Shown here piece after piece: positions 11,598 through 25,100 of a stretch of DNA of 64,000 nt. Position numbers and translations under genes: made by a program. The stretch comes from Anaeramoeba ignava BMAN (taxonomy: Eukaryota; Protista; Anaeramoebae): assembly GCA_028826165.1 (NCBI GenBank), contig JAPDFW010000084.1, positions 248,001 to 312,000 of the forward strand. Reading direction: 5' to 3'. The notes beneath the pieces are model-generated. The model saw only the letters and a list, made by a program, of their open reading frames with translations, was not told the origin of the DNA and did not search any database. Position 1 is the first letter of the stretch, and each line of letters begins with the position of its first letter.

Positions 11598-14500
11598 TTA
11601 ATTCATAGAATCATTCGAATTATCTTCATTCAAATTAAGATTTTCAAGAAGTTGATCAATTGGAAGTTGAGAAACATTATCATCATCAATATCATCAACA
11701 TCATCAACATTATCATCATCATCCTGAATATCAATCTGGGGAGAATTTGAATCACCCTCAATAAACATATCATTTGAGTTCTGGACGAGTTGAGGACGTT
11801 TATAAAGGTTAATTCGAGCTCTTAAATCTTCATCTTCTTCAATATCTTCCTTAAAGTCTTCCAAATCCTGCAAATTTTGAGAGGAATCTGAGGTCTTTTT
11901 GGGTTGAGCAACATTTGAGATCTGGAGACTCTTGATCTCCCAGTTCCTTTTGCGAGCTCTGCGGCGCTTGTTAGGATAGAATTTTCTGATCAAAATAACA
12001 TCCGGTAATTGATGAATTAATTTGAGTCTGAAATTTTCATCAAGATCATCATTATTGATATTTGCCGATGCGAGGTCGTAACCAAGAGCGTAGTCGCCAG
12101 ATTTGAACAGATGACCCAGATGCGTGCGAGTTATAAAGGTCTTTGCATTTGCCCCGAGTTCAGAAGAACGAACAACTGTGACATCAGCAAGGGCGAACTT
12201 GCCTGAAGTTTGGCCGAGAAATTCGACATCGAGAACAAAGAAGGCTGTTGCGGAGCGGTAGTTCATCATGGCCGAGAAAGGTGCTTTCCAGAACTGCACG
12301 GCGTTTATCTGTATGGTCTGTAGATTGAGTGGGTTCATAAGATAAATCAAATTTGAAACTCCATAACAAAGCCACAACGGATTGATGCCTCCCCTTTGCT
12401 TGCATATAGACGGCGGTAAGCAAATGAGATCCTCCTTGCAAATGGGCGCGATTTCTACCGCAAATGTGTATTTGTAATTATAGGTGTTTGAATGTAGATC
12501 TGCGGAAATTAATCTTTTCGAAGTTGAAAATTTTGCCGGGAATAGTGACTGAACAAATTGAACTAATTGTTGAGCATCTCCGCGCTGACTGAAGAAGAAG
12601 TCCATCCCGCGAGTGTTTTCTTCGATGTCGATCATCTTTGCGTGAGCTTGGTTCTTGAGAATTAATTGTTCCAAAAAAAAGAACGTTTTTTTATGACCCA
12701 CATTTTGTCTGCATTGTACAACTGCTTTCCAAGTGTGTTCTGTCTCATTTCGCTCGCAATCGGGACACTGCTGCCGTTGGACGACAAATTCGACGACGAA
12801 TTTCTGTTGGAGAATTGTCTGTGCGAAGACCTCTTTTTGGATCGTAAGTTTTACTTTGAGTCGCATTGAATGAGGTTCTGTCCAAACAAACTCAGCGTCT
12901 ACGAGCTTTGCTTTCTGAAGCCCCTTTACTCGCTTCACTAGCAATGATAGTAGCTCTTTGGATTCGTTCGCTGCGTGGACCCAACTTGTCGGTGGTTGTA
13001 AATATCGCCCGCATTTTTTGCACCAGTTGATTGTTAAATGTTTTGGTATTCCTTCAGTTATGTCAACTTGTGTTCGAAGGCAATCGACACACATGTTTGC
13101 TGGATTCGCTTGGATTGGTGTTCCGCATGAGCAGCACAAGCTTTATATTTGAATTGGATATTGAATTGAATATTAAATTGAATATTGAATTGAATTAAAT
13201 ATTGAATATTAAATTAAATATTGAATTAAATTAAATTGAATTAAATATTGAATTAAATTAAATTAAATATTGAATTAAATTAAATTGAATTGAATTGAAT
13301 TGAATTAAATATTGAATTAAATATTGAATATTGAATATTGAATTGAATATTAAATTAAATATTGAATTGAATATTGAATTGAATATTAAATATTGAATTG
13401 AATATGAAAATATTGAATTAAATATTGAATTAAATATTGAATTAAATATTGAAATAAAAATATTGAATTAAATATTGAAATTAAATATTGAATTAAATAT
13501 TGAATAAATATTGAATTAAATATTGAATGAAATTGAATTAAATTAAATGAAATTGAATTGAATCGAATTGAATTGAATTAAATATTAAATTAAAAATTAA
13601 ATCGAAATTGAATATTGAATTGAAATATTGAAATGAATTGGAATGGAATACAAAATGGAATTTGGGAAATTGAATGAATGAATACGAATATTGGAAATTG
13701 AATTGAATGAATATGAGAATTGAATTGAATTGAATTGAATATTAAAAATTGAATCGAATATTGGAATTGAATTAAATTGAATATTGAATTGAATTGGATA
13801 TTGAAATAATTGAATTGAATATTGAAATTATTGAATAAATATTAAAATGAATTGGAATTGAATATTGAATGGAATCGAATTGAATTGAATATTGAATATT
13901 GAATTGAATTGAATATTGAATCAAATTGAATTCGAAATTGAATATTGAATTGAATTGGAATTGAATTCGAATTGGAATCAAATAATTGAATTCAAATGAA
14001 TTGAATGGAATGGAATTGAATGGAATTGAATCGAATGGAATTGGAATTGAATTGAAATTGGAATTGAATTGAATTGGAATTTTTGAATTGAAATTGAAAT
14101 CGAAATATTGGAATGGAATTGGAATTGAAATCGAATTCGAATTGAAGAATTGAATGAATGAATTGGAATTGAATGGAATTAAATTGAATTTGGAATCGAA
14201 TTGGAATTGAATATTAAATTTGAAAATTGAATGAATGAATTAAATATTAAATATTGAAATTGAATATTGAATATGGAAATGAATTGAAATTGGAAATTGA
14301 ATTGAATTGAATTGAATGAATTGAATCGAATTAAATATTGAATTGAAAAATTAAATATTGAATTGAATCAAATTGAAATGAATGAATGAATTGAATTGGA
14401 ATTGAATTGGAATTAAATATTGAATTGAAATTGAATTAAATATTAAATATTAAATATTGAAATTGAATTGGAATAAAATTGGAATTCAAATATTATTAAA

Positions 14501-14990
14501 TATTGAATTGAATTGGATATTGAATATTGAATTGAATTGAATTTTGAATTGAATTGGATATTGAATTAAATTGAATTGGATATTGAATATTAAATTGAAT
14601 TAAATTGAATTGAATTGAATTGAATATTAAATTGAATTGGATATTAAATTGAATTGAATTGAATTGAATTGAATATTGAATTGAATTGAATTGAATTGAA
14701 TATTGAATTGAATTAAATATTGAATTGAATTGAATTGAATTGAATATTGAATTGAATATTAAATTGAATTGGATATTAGATTGAATATTGAATTGAATTG
14801 AATTGAATTGAATTGAATATTGAATTGAATATTAAATATTGAATTGAATTGAATTGAATTGAATATTAAATTGAATTAAATATTAAATTGAATTGAATTG
14901 AATTAAATTAAATATTAAATTGAATATTGAATTGAATTGAATATTGAATTTAAAAAGTTTTTACATTGTAGAAGGTGTAAGTTTTTGCAT
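11598..14990 (-). CDS. NMD3: 60S ribosomal export protein NMD3
   Basis: A 26-nt exon 1 (14990-14965, MQKLTPSTI) splices across a 1824-nt intron to 13140-11598. CCSCG...NPANMCVDC, CKKCGRY, FVWTEPHSMRLKVKLT and CPDC motifs. Confidence 0.97.
13148..14950. repeat. (TTGAA)n / (TTGAATA)n microsatellite filling the NMD3 intron (13141-14964)
   Basis: Directly visible; clean at the edges, degenerate in the centre. Confidence 0.95.
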
Positions 14991-15196
14991 TTAAAAATTT
15001 TATTTATTTATTTATTTATCTATTAAAGAAAAGAAAAGAAAATGAAAAAAAAATGAAAAAGAAGAAAAATTAAAAAAAAATATTTTTTTCTTAATTTATT
15101 AAATTATTTTTTTAAAACGTGTTTTTCATTTGTTTTTCATTTTTTTTTTCATTTTTTTTTCATTTTTTTAAATTTTTTTTTTAAATTAAATTAAAA
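14991..15196. promoter_or_regulatory. Putative bidirectional promoter (NMD3 / coiled-coil gene) with outward-facing TTTCATTTT motifs
   Basis: 206 bp between divergent ATGs; AAAATGAAAA copies on the left, TTTTCATTTT copies on the right. Confidence 0.6.
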
Positions 15197-16747
15197 ATGT
15201 TTTCAAAAATTTCTAATTGGGGAAATAATTTTAAATCTGCTATTCAAGATGTAATTAAAGCACCAGAAACTCCAAATACTCTTTCTGAAAGTGATGAAGA
15301 AATTGAAAAACAATCAAAATCAGATCCAGAAGAAAAAAATCAAACAGAAAATTTAATTGAAGTCAAAAATCAATTTTCAAATCAAATTCTCAACTTAAAT
15401 AACTTGAAGGAAATGCTTTTAGATGTTTTTGATAATTTGGATTTAAATGAAAATGAGGAAAAAATTTTCGACAAATTTGAAATTATTAGTGAAAAAAATA
15501 TCATTTTATTCACAAACACTTTGATTGAAGTTATTCAAAAAAAATTCACCAAATGGAAAGAATTGGAAAAAAAATTTATTCAGAATAGATTATTTGAACC
15601 AAGAAAAAATCAACCAAAAGAAATGGACGTTCAAGACGTTATTGATATTATTCAACAATTAAGAGAAGAAAGTCATTTAATGATTAATAAATTGGAAGTT
15701 TCAGAAAACAAAATCAAAAACTCAGAAAAATTTGAAAAGGAATTGGAGCTCAAAAACCAAGAAAATATTGAGTTGATAAAACAAAACCAAGATCTTCAGA
15801 ATCAAATAAAGGAATTAAAGCAGCAAATTAAATTATCAAATATTCCAAATAGTGATTTCAAAAAAGACTCAGAAAACCAAACGTATTTTTTGGAAATTGA
15901 AAAATATAAACAAAGAGAAGAGAATTTAACCCAAAAATTGAACCAAAGTTTAAATCAAATTAACGAAAAAGAGCAAAAACAACAAGAATTAAAACAGACA
16001 ATTTCGGAGTTGGAAAAATTCAAATCAGACGCACAAAAAAATTACGACGAATTCACCACAAAAATAGAAAACCAGTCAAAAGAACTCGACGAATATTCTC
16101 AACTTATTAAAAACTTAGAATTCGCGCTTGACGGCGTTAAAAATGAAAAAGAAACTCAATATGAAGAAAATTTTAAGCAAATCAAAGAATTGCAAAATAA
16201 ATTATCAATTGTTTCTTCAGAACTCGATCGAAAGATCCAAAAACTTGATCTCTTAACAAAACAAGCAAACGAATTGCTGATGAAAAATAACGAATTCCAA
16301 AAACACATAAGTTATTTGGAAACCCAAAATATTCAACTCAAAGAATTCCAAAACAAAATCATTTCTCAACAAGATCTTATTCAACAAATAATCCAAAACG
16401 GAATCAAGTTTCTCTTTGAAAACGAGAAAGACAAAACTGTTCTCAAAGAAAAACTTTATGAAGTTCAGAAAATTCTTGCAATCTTAAGTATTCAAAAACC
16501 AGAAGAAATTATGAACAATTTGGAAAGTGAAATCAGTCAAAATTCAAATGAAAAAAATATAAACTCTCCTGAAAAATTATTATTATTTCCAAATACTTCA
16601 AGTGAAAAAAAAATTTCAAATTGGATGAAAGGATTCTTAAAAATTTCAAATGAAAATTCAAAAGATGAAAAATCTATTAAAGCTTTATTTGATCGAAAAT
16701 CAAAACAATCATTTAGTAAAAATTCTGTTAACTTGATAAATGTGTAG
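15197..16747 (+). CDS. Long coiled-coil protein, function unknown (possibly golgin-like)
   Basis: 516-aa single-exon ORF, E/K/Q-rich heptads, TTTCATTTT motifs upstream. Confidence 0.8.
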   Translation: MFSKISNWGNNFKSAIQDVIKAPETPNTLSESDEEIEKQSKSDPEEKNQTENLIEVKNQFSNQILNLNNLKEMLLDVFDNLDLNENEEKIFDKFEIISEKNIILFTNTLIEVIQKKFTKWKELEKKFIQNRLFEPRKNQPKEMDVQDVIDIIQQLREESHLMINKLEVSENKIKNSEKFEKELELKNQENIELIKQNQDLQNQIKELKQQIKLSNIPNSDFKKDSENQTYFLEIEKYKQREENLTQKLNQSLNQINEKEQKQQELKQTISELEKFKSDAQKNYDEFTTKIENQSKELDEYSQLIKNLEFALDGVKNEKETQYEENFKQIKELQNKLSIVSSELDRKIQKLDLLTKQANELLMKNNEFQKHISYLETQNIQLKEFQNKIISQQDLIQQIIQNGIKFLFENEKDKTVLKEKLYEVQKILAILSIQKPEEIMNNLESEISQNSNEKNINSPEKLLLFPNTSSEKKISNWMKGFLKISNENSKDEKSIKALFDRKSKQSFSKNSVNLINV

Positions 16748-16941
16748 AATTTGATTTCCATTTTCATTTTCATTTTCATCTTTGAATTCATTTTTTTTTG
16801 AATAAGAAGAACAAATTTTTAAATTTTTTTTTTTCCATTTTGAAAACAAAAATAAAATTGTTTGAATTGAATTTAATTTATTTTTGAAAAAGGAAAAATA
16901 ACAATTAAATTAAATTAAATTTAAAAATTTTCTTTTTTGTT

Positions 16942-19900
16942 TTACTTAAAAATTGATGAGAAAGAAGGATGATTTTTAATTGTAAGTGGAATTGGAATAT
17001 GATTCCAATCTTTGATTTTAATTAATTTGTAATCAATTTGCAAATCTTCAATAATAGAAAATCCTTCTTGTGTTTCATTTGTAACAATTTGAGGATTTTT
17101 GTTTTGTGTTAATAATAAAGAATTTAATCTTGTTTTATCAATTGGTTGAGGATCCAATCTTTATATATTTATTTTTTTTAATATTCATTTTCCAAAAATA
17201 AATAAAATTATAAATAAATTATATAATTTTGATTATAAATTTTCTTTTTGAAAAATTTACTCATCTGGTGAAAAATTTGAAAGAAGATTATGAACTTGTT
17301 CTGAAGTTAATGAAGGACAAATATCATTAATAATTGAAACATTAGAAAGAATAGTTTTATTCATAGTAATACAATCAGTTGCTTCTTTAATTGGAATAAC
17401 ATTTACACTTAAATAAATTTAAATAAATAAATTTAAATAAATAAATTTAAATAAATAAATTTAAATAAATAAATTTAAATAAATAAATTTAAATAAATAA
17501 ATTTAAATAAATAAATTTAAATAAATAAATTTAAATAAATAAATTTAAATAAATAAATTTAAATAAATAAATTTAAATAAATAAATTTAAATAAATTTAA
17601 ATAAATAAATTTAAAATTTACTTTAATTGACTTAATGAGTTTAATGAAAGCCATGCTTCCAGTTCTGAAATGGCAAATTTAATTTGGAAACAATTTTTCA
17701 ATGTGCAATAATGCTTGTAATTTAATATTTGATAAAATAAATATTTGTTAATGAAAATTAAAATCTGAGACAACAAAATATCTACAAGTTGTTGTGGTAA
17801 ATAATTTTCATTTGCTAAAGTTAAAATGTTCGCCATCCAAGAACTTATTTTTTTGGTTGAATTATCCTTATGGAAATCAAACAAGGTTGAATTTTCAAGA
17901 AATTGCGGTTTAAGAATTGGTCGAATATCATTCACAATATTTTCAACAAGGAAAATAAATGCTTTCATAATAAGACTTTGTATTTCCTTTGTGTATTTTA
18001 AGAAATCTTTCGGGTTTGGAATTGTGTTGATAAACAAAGAATTCAAAAAAACAAGATTTGAAAGTATCCATATTAAATATTCTTGTTTTTCATAATGGAT
18101 TTGGATTAATAATTTCATGGATTCCAGAAATGTGGGGAATAATTGTGGGTTTTCTCCCAATAATAAATTGCTATTCATAAAGAATTTGAATAAAATGCAC
18201 GCCGTTATAGGCAAACTTTTGAAATACTTTGTTTCTGAAAAATAAACCACTCTTTCAATAAGCCATTTTTCATGATTTACCATTTTGAGTTCTTTTAAAT
18301 TCTTGGATAAAATTGTCACCAATGCGTTTTGTGATTCAATTTTTTGCTCGTTGCTCTGTATTTTTTCTAATACTTCTTCAACACTAAGCGAATACATTGG
18401 ATCCATTTCCTCATTTTCTTTTTTGTTTTTTCCAAATATTTCATCCATAAATGGTGTTGAATTTGTTGGTATAATTTGTTCATTTTCATTTTGAATATTT
18501 TTTGATTTTTGATTTTCCTCAAATCCAATATTTGGGTTGGAATTTTCCATATTTTTTTGCATCATAGTGTTGTTGTTGTTGTTGTTGTTTGTATTCGATG
18601 GTTCTTTTCTTGCAAAATCTGATAAAGAAAACCCAAAATTCCCATCTTTTTCATCCTCTTCAATATTTAGTTGATTTTCTTCATGAATACTAATAACTGG
18701 TTGTTTTTTGTCTTCAGTATCATCTTGAGATCCAACTGAAAAATCATTTTCTGAAAACGTTTCGAAATCTTCTTTTGATTCATGAGAAAAATGATTTTCT
18801 TTTTCTTTTTCTTTTTCTTTTTCTTTTTCTTTATCAAAATCATTATCGAAATCATTATCGAAATCATCATCAAAATCATCATCTAAAAGATCAATATTAT
18901 TTTTCTCATTTTCTTTAATATTATTTTTTGTATCTTGAATTGTGACTTGTTTTTTATTTATATCTATATCTAAATTTTGATTTTGGTTTTGATTTTTATT
19001 TTCTTCTTCAGCTTTAAAGATATTATGATGTTGAGCATCTATATCTTTTCTTTGAATATTTTCTCCATTTTTAGGAAGATTTGAAATTCCAAATCGAGTA
19101 ATTTTTTGGTTTTGAGGTATTTTAAAATTGCTATATTTTTCCTCAATAGGATCAATACTTGAATGTTTTTTAATTTCTTTTTCATCATTTAAATCATCTG
19201 AAAGATCTTCTGTAACAGTAGCAATACTAGATTGCATAGTAAATTCACTATAATCTTCTTCAACAATGGGACCTGTTTGACTTTCTTTGATTTCCTTTTC
19301 AATTGAAGATATTAAATGTTGAATGTTTGGATCAAGTAATAATTTAGTTAATTGTGTTTTTGGTGATCCTTTTGTAAGTCTTAAACATAAAAGAATAATT
19401 GGTTGATTTTTATGTTTGCTTTGATTTTTAATTAATAATTTATATTTTTTAATTATAGGAGGACTTGATGGATCTACTTTTGAGATATCTATATGTAATT
19501 TTCCTACTGTATTTTCTCCTTTTTTTGTTTCTTTATCCTTAAAATTTATTTAAAATTTATTTTGGAAATTAAAATTCATTTTGGAAATTGAAATTCATTT
19601 TGAAAATTGAAATTAAAATTCATTGAAAATTTATTTTGAAAATTAAAATTCATTTTGAAAATTGAAATTAAAATTCATTTTGAAAATTTATTTTGAAAAT
19701 TAAAATTCATTTTGAAAATTAAAATTAAAATTCATTTTGAAAATTAAAATTAAAATTAAAATTAAAATTCATTTTGGAAATTGAAATTAAAATTCATTTT
19801 GGAAATTAAAATTAAAATTATATTTAAAATTAAAATTCATTTTGGAAATTGAAATTAAAATTCATTTTGGAAATTGAAATTAAAATTCATTTTGGAAATT

Positions 19901-20271
19901 AAAATTAAAATTCATTTTGGAAATTGAAATTAAAATTAAAATTATATTTAAAATTGAAATTCATTTTGAAAATTAAAATTAAAACTTACAATCTTCAATG
20001 AAATATGTAATATTTTCTTTTCAAGTTGTTGTGTTTTTTTATCTTGAAATAATGTACAAGGAATTTCAAATTCTTCTTGCCATTTAGAATAACCATTAGC
20101 ACTTAAAAAAGCTTTACGAGTAAAACCACTATGAACTCCTCTTTTCCATTTTATCCATGCTGTACAATTTTTAATAGCAAGTTGATAAACTGAAATGATA
20201 GCAAAAGAAAATGTATTTTTAATTGCAGTTTTTCCTTTATGTTTAAAAGGAGTATGTAAAAATCTTTTCAT
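16942..20271 (-). CDS. N-terminal NT-C2 (EEIG1/EHBP1-type) + C-terminal Dilute (DIL) domain protein
   Basis: Exons 20271-19990, 19537-17622, 17407-17261, 17158-16942. NT-C2 motif IKWKRG...WQEEFEIPCTLFQD...VGKLHIDIS; DIL motif QIKFAISELEAWL...ICPSLTSEQVHNLLSNFSPDE. Confidence 0.85.
17410..17615. repeat. Near-perfect 14-mer tandem repeat (ATAAATTTAAATAA)n forming almost the whole intron 17408-17621
   Basis: Directly visible. Confidence 0.95.
19545..19983. repeat. AAAATTCATTTTG(G/A)AAATT-type array in intron 1 (19538-19989) of the NT-C2/DIL gene
   Basis: Directly visible; the same motif recurs at 25815-25950. Confidence 0.9.
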
Positions 20272-20532
20272 AATAAAATGAAAAATGAAAAAGAAAAAAA
20301 TGAAAAAATTTTTTTTTAATTTTGAAATGAAAAAATTACCGGAAAACAAGAAAAACAAAAACAAAAACAAAAACGAAAACAAGAAAAACAAAAACAAAAA
20401 CAAGAAAAAACAAGAAAAAACAAAAACAAGAAAAAACAAAAACAAGAAAAATGTTTTCTGGATTTAAATTTCTTTTCAAATTTTCCTTTTCAAATTCATC
20501 TTTAAAAAATTTCTAGTTATTATTGTTATTGT

Positions 20533-21909
20533 TTAAAATTCATTTTTTAAAACTTCATTAATTTGCAAAATTTGCATTTTTACTTGTAAAAGTTTTTCAT
20601 TAAAAAAATCTGAATAATTTTCATCTGAATTTTGATTATTCTGAAGATTAAGATTTTGATTTGAATGATTTTGATTTAATAAATCAATAAAATTGTTTAT
20701 AGGTTTAGTTTTCTGAATAGAATCTTCTAATTTTTGGTTTTTTTCTTGATATTTTTTTGATAAAGATTCAAAATTTTTGTTTAATTCATCTTTTTCTTTT
20801 ATGCTTTGATTATATTTTAATTCAAGTTCTTTAAATCTTTGTTCCCACTCTTTAATTTTTTCTTGAGAGAGTGAATTCATTAATTCTTCGTGTGATTCTT
20901 TTTTTTGAGGACTTATATGAAGTTTTTGAATTAATTTTATTTGATTTTTTAAAAATGCATTTTCTGTCATTTTTTCTTTTAAAATTTTTGTTAGATAATC
21001 AATTTTAAATTGAAGTTTGATAATCATTTTGTCTTTGTTTTGAAGTTCTGTTTTAATTTCTGGATTTTTTGGCTTTTCTTCATTTTGATTTGAATTATTT
21101 TTTTGATTTAAAATTTCTTTAGAATTTTGTTTTAAAATTTTGTTTGAATTTTTAATTGAATCTTCATGAGAATTTTGATTTAATTTTTTAACCAATTTTT
21201 TTTCTTTCTTTTCTTTCTTGTTTTCTTTTAAATTTTCTTTTGAATTTTCTTTTAAATTTTCTTTTAAATTTTCCTTCTTGTTTTCTTTCTTATTTTCTTT
21301 TAAATTTTCTTTTAAATTTCCCTTCTTATTTTCTTTTAAATTTTCTTTTAAATTTTCTTTCTTATTTTCTTTCTTATTTTCTTTCTTGTTTTCTTTCTTG
21401 TTTTCCTTCTTATTTTCTTTTAAATTTTCTTTTGAATTTTCTTTTGAATTTTCTTTTGAATTTTCTTTTAAATTTTCAAACTTATTTTTTAATTTAATTA
21501 ATGGTTTCTTTTTTAAAACTAAATGATGTTTTGCTTTCGTTTCTGTATTAGAATTTTTTTTAACAATGTTTGTATTAATTTGTTTTGATTTATGAAGAGG
21601 AGTTTTTTTTACTGGAATTTGGTGATATATTTTTTGTGGAGGACTTCCTTCTTTTGGCAAAATTTTTGGAATAAACGTTAAACTTCTTCTACTTGTTTTT
21701 TTTGTTAATGGTTTTAATTTTTCTGTTTTTTCTGTTTTTTCTGTTTCGTTTTTTGTTTTTTTTGTTTTTATTTGATAAATTGGTTTCTTTTTTATTTTTC
21801 CTTTTGTTTTTTCTTCATTTTTATTTTCTTGTTCTTGTGAACTTGTTTTGTGTTGATTTTTTTTGTTTTTGTGTTCTTTATTTAATCGATTAGGAAGTTT
21901 TGTTGACAT
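20533..21909 (-). CDS. Lys-rich low-complexity/coiled-coil protein with KEN(S/K/L) tetrapeptide repeats
   Basis: 458-aa single-exon ORF; 12-nt coding repeat at ~21220-21475; TTTCATTTT motifs upstream on the same strand. Confidence 0.75.
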   Translation of the reverse strand: MSTKLPNRLNKEHKNKKNQHKTSSQEQENKNEEKTKGKIKKKPIYQIKTKKTKNETEKTEKTEKLKPLTKKTSRRSLTFIPKILPKEGSPPQKIYHQIPVKKTPLHKSKQINTNIVKKNSNTETKAKHHLVLKKKPLIKLKNKFENLKENSKENSKENSKENLKENKKENKKENKKENKKENKKENLKENLKENKKGNLKENLKENKKENKKENLKENLKENSKENLKENKKEKKEKKLVKKLNQNSHEDSIKNSNKILKQNSKEILNQKNNSNQNEEKPKNPEIKTELQNKDKMIIKLQFKIDYLTKILKEKMTENAFLKNQIKLIQKLHISPQKKESHEELMNSLSQEKIKEWEQRFKELELKYNQSIKEKDELNKNFESLSKKYQEKNQKLEDSIQKTKPINNFIDLLNQNHSNQNLNLQNNQNSDENYSDFFNEKLLQVKMQILQINEVLKNEF

Positions 21910-22192
21910 ATTTATTATTATTTTTAAAAATGAAAAATGAAAAAAAAATGAAAAAAAAATTTATAAAATTTTTTCTTGTTTTTGTTTTTTTTCGTTTTTG
22001 ATCAAAAAAGTATTTTTTTTCTTTTGATTAAAAAAAATTTATTTCTTTAGTTAAAAATGTTTATTCTTTTTGTAAAAAAATTTATTCTTTTTGACATATT
22101 TTTTTTGGAAAAAAATTTTCATAAAATTAAAATTAAATTTTTCATTTTTTTTCTTTTTTCATTTTCATTTTCTTTTTGATTTTTCTTTTTAA

Positions 22193-25100
22193 ATGGCAAC
22201 TATTCCACAATCACTTATTATTTTATTAGCACAAAAAGATGGATTACTTTCTCAACTTTATAATTTAAAAATGATTGTAAATTTTTAAAAAAAAAAATAA
22301 CAAAAAAAAAATTTACAAAAAATTTATATAAAATTTTAATTTTTTAAATTATATTTATATTAGTTTGATAATACAGAAAGTCCTCCATTTTATCTTGAAA
22401 GTTCAGAAGTTGTTTCAGTTTTAACAAAAATTGAAAAAAAAATTGAAGAACCAATAACAGAAGATACTTTACAAGTAATTTAAATTTGTTTTTTTTTTTA
22501 ATTTGAAAAAAAATTTTTTGCTTTTTTATTTATTTATTAAACAAAAAAAAAATTTTTTCATCTAATCTAATCTAAAAAAATCAAAAATAAACAAGATTCA
22601 AAAATTGAAACCAATTCATGCAAATTTAGATGAAATTTTAGATGAACTTGAACCAGGAATTTGGACTTTAAAAAATATTAAACCCTTTCTTGAAGAATCA
22701 ACTAAAGTTTTAAGACATATTGCAAATGAAATTTCTACACTTTCTGTAAAATTAATTTAATAATAAATTTAATAATAATTTTAATAATAAATTTTAATAA
22801 TAATTTTAATAATAAATTTAATAATAATTTTAATAATAAATATAATAATAATTTTATAATAATTTTAATAATAATTTTAATAATAAATTTAATAATAAAT
22901 TTAATAATAAATTTAATAATAATTTTAATAATAATTTTAATAACAATTATAATAATAATTTTAATAATAATTTTAATAATAAATTTAATAATAAATTTAA
23001 TAATAATTTTAATAATAAATATAATAATAATTTTAATAATAATTTTAATAATAAATTTAATAATAAATATAATAATAAATTTAATAATAAATTTAATAAT
23101 AAATTTAATAATAAATTTAATAATAAATTTAATAATAAATTTAATAATAAATTTAATAATAAATTTAATAATAAATTTAATAATAAATTTAATAATAAAT
23201 TTAATAATAATTTTAATAATAAATTTAATAATAAATTTAATAATAATTTTATTAATAAATTTAATAATAATTTTAATAATAAATTTAATAATAAATTTTA
23301 ATAATAATTTTAATAATAATTTTTAATAATAAATTTAATAATAAATTTAATAAAAAATATAATAATAATAAATATAATAATAATTTTAATAATAATTTTA
23401 ATAATAATTTAATAATAAATATAATAATAATTTAATAATAAATTTAATAATAATTTTAATAATAAATATAATAATAAATTTAATAATAAATTTAATAATA
23501 ATTTTAATAATAAATTTAATAATAAATTTAATAATAAATTTAATAATAATTTTTAATAATAAATTTAATAATAAATTTAATAATTATTATAATAATAAAT
23601 TAATAATAAATTTAATAATAATTTTAATAATAATTATAATAATAATTTTAATAATAAATTTAATAATAATTTTAATAATAATTTTAATAATAAATTTAAT
23701 AATAATTTTAATAATAAATTTAATAATAATTTTAATAATAAAATATAATAATAATTTTAATAATAATTTTAATAATAATTTTTAATAATAAATATAATAA
23801 TAAATTTAATAATAATTTTTAATAATAAATTTAATAATAATTTTAATAATAATTTTAATAATAAATTTAATAATAATTTTAATAATAAATTTAATAATAA
23901 TTTTAATAATAAATTTAATAATAAATATATAATAATAATAAATAAACAATAATAAATATAATAATAAATATAATAATAAATTTAATAATAAATTTAATAA
24001 TAAATTTAATAATTATTTATAATAATAAATTAATAATAAATTTAATAATAATTTTAATAATAAATTTAATAATAAATTTAATAATTATTTTTAATAATAA
24101 ATTAATAATAAATTTAATAATAAATTTAATAATAATTATAATAATAATTTTAATAATAAAATTTAATAATAAAATATAATAATAATTTTAATAATAAATT
24201 TAATAATAAATTTTAATAATAATTTTTAATAATAATTTTAATAATAAATTTAATAATAAATTTAATAATAAATATAATAATAATAATAAATTAATAATAA
24301 ATTTAATAATAATTTTAATAATAATTTTAATAATAAATTTAATAATAATTTTAATAATAATAAATTTAATAATCAATATAATAATAAATTTAATAATAAT
24401 TTTAATAATAATTTTTTAATAATAAATTTAATAATAAATTTTAATAATAATTTTTAATAATAATTTTTAATAATAAATTTAATAATAAATTTAATAATAA
24501 AATAATAATAATAAATAATAATAATAATAATAATTTTTTAATAATAATTTTATTAATAAATATAATAATAAATTTAATAATAATTTTAATAATAAATTTA
24601 ATAATAATTTTAATAATAAATTTAATAATAATTTTAATAATAATTTTAATAATAATTTTATAATAATTTTTAATAATAAATATAATAATAAATTTAATAA
24701 TAAATTTAATAATAAATTTAATAATAAATTTAATAATAAATTTAATAAATAAATTTAATTTAATAATAAATTTAATAATAAATTTAATAATAAATTTAAT
24801 AATAAATTTTAATAATTATTATAATAATAAATTAATAATAAATTTAATAATAATTTTAATAATAAATTTAATAATAAATTTAATAATAAAATTAATAATA
24901 AATTTAATAATAAATTTAATAATAAATTTAATAATAAATTTAATAATAATTTTTAATAATAATTTTAATAATAATTTTAATAATAAATTTAATAAACAAT
25001 ATAATAAATTTAATAATAATTTTATTAATAAATATAATAATAAATTTAATAATAATTTTAATAATAAATTCAATAATAAATTTTAATAATAAATTTAATA

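Noticed and set aside
12184-13152. Overlapping or antisense ORFs within NMD3 (and similar ones within BEACH, WRAP53 and CID-RRM)
   Set aside because: Short shadow ORFs expected in GC-richer coding DNA; no recognisable motifs.
19948-20445. ORF-track N-terminal extension (poly-F/L) of the NT-C2 gene, and similar extensions at 3195 and 42002
   Set aside because: Translations of T- or A-rich promoter sequence; better ATGs at 20271, 3237 and 42068.
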